Origin: Lingula anatina
Taxonomy: Eukaryota; Animalia; Brachiopoda
NCBI GenBank assembly: GCA_051362555.1
Contig: CM120640.1
Location: forward strand, 65,760,788-65,824,787
Direction: 5' to 3'
DNA length: 64,000 nt
The position numbers and the translations under genes are program-made. Positions 63,690 through 64,000 of this stretch are shown here, in pieces (the first letter of the stretch is position 1; each line of letters begins with the position of its first letter). Under the pieces are notes generated by a model. It did no database searches, was not told where the DNA came from, and saw only the letters and a list, made by a program, of their open reading frames with translations.

Positions 63690-63885
63690 TCTTTCACAAG
63701 GCACACTTCTAATTGGGATAACCAGTACAATAACAACCGACTCACAAAAGAATGGATACAAATCTTTGTACTCATCTGTTGTTAACACATGCTGAGAAAA
63801 ACTTGCTTAATTCATATGCCTGCAGTGAACATGCACAAGTTGGATTTGTCTTCCCAGCACTTTGACATAAGGTACATATCATACC
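63690..63885 (-). pseudogene. hAT C-terminal dimerisation-like coding fragment
   Basis: EYKDLYPFFCESVVIVLVIPIRSVPCER resembles the hATC consensus yP.l..la...L.iP.sS..cER. It is preceded by an acceptor AG near 63885. Confidence 0.5.
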
Positions 63886-64000
63886 TATGTACAAAGCAAA
63901 ATTTCATGTAAAAAGATTTTAGTTTTCAGTAGTAAATGAATATACTGCATGTCCATTTGTCAATAGCCTAGCCTTAAGGAAAATTCACTATTATTACCTG

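Larger units (their letters stand above)
58300..63690 (-). pseudogene. P-element/THAP9-family transposase with two N-terminal C2H2-like fingers, interrupted by five younger insertions
   Basis: With the insertions removed, the motifs read in the P-family order: ICHWKNC..EHTAEH, YRCKWDC..HTG; DQLEAVS*TKTGMSWHP; GAVVFDELKIKEGLVWN..LVSFTD; THITQFFYK..FWDGMSHLHQAGFSVLCAIFDGASE; HLMKRFRNNMLKS; KEITWDQV; MRVKHAMNALSEMVA; DRLVKLWEIHSFFSNWK. The gene carries stops and frameshifts. Confidence 0.85.

Overview
This is AT-rich, intron-rich metazoan DNA, probably a lophotrochozoan invertebrate (inferred from composition and transposon content). The left two-thirds hold two host genes on the + strand. The first is the 3' part of a ZNF143/ZNF76 (Staf) zinc-finger gene (6 exons, 215-2833). 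The second is a complete liprin-beta gene (PPFIBP family; 21 coding exons, 14897-42848, about 944 aa), with a probable non-coding first exon near 3.9 kb and candidate alternative exons in its large intron. From about 44.2 kb to the window end there is no intact host gene, only a dense, nested transposon region. It holds degraded, intron-containing genes for a RecQ-type helicase, three divergent Academ/DUF6589-type transposases (one with an embedded PHD finger, i.e. AcademHP-like), a P-element/THAP9-type transposase with N-terminal C2H2 fingers, and a hAT-dimerisation-like fragment. Younger insertions cut these genes: Kolobok-, piggyBac-, Tc1/mariner-, Harbinger- and Zator-like elements plus an L2/CR1 3' end. 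Several have TIRs and TSDs readable in the sequence, and removing them restores the reading frames. The best candidate for something undescribed is this multi-transposase cluster, which may be one giant composite element; independent nesting is not excluded. All family assignments come from motif recognition by eye, with no database searches.
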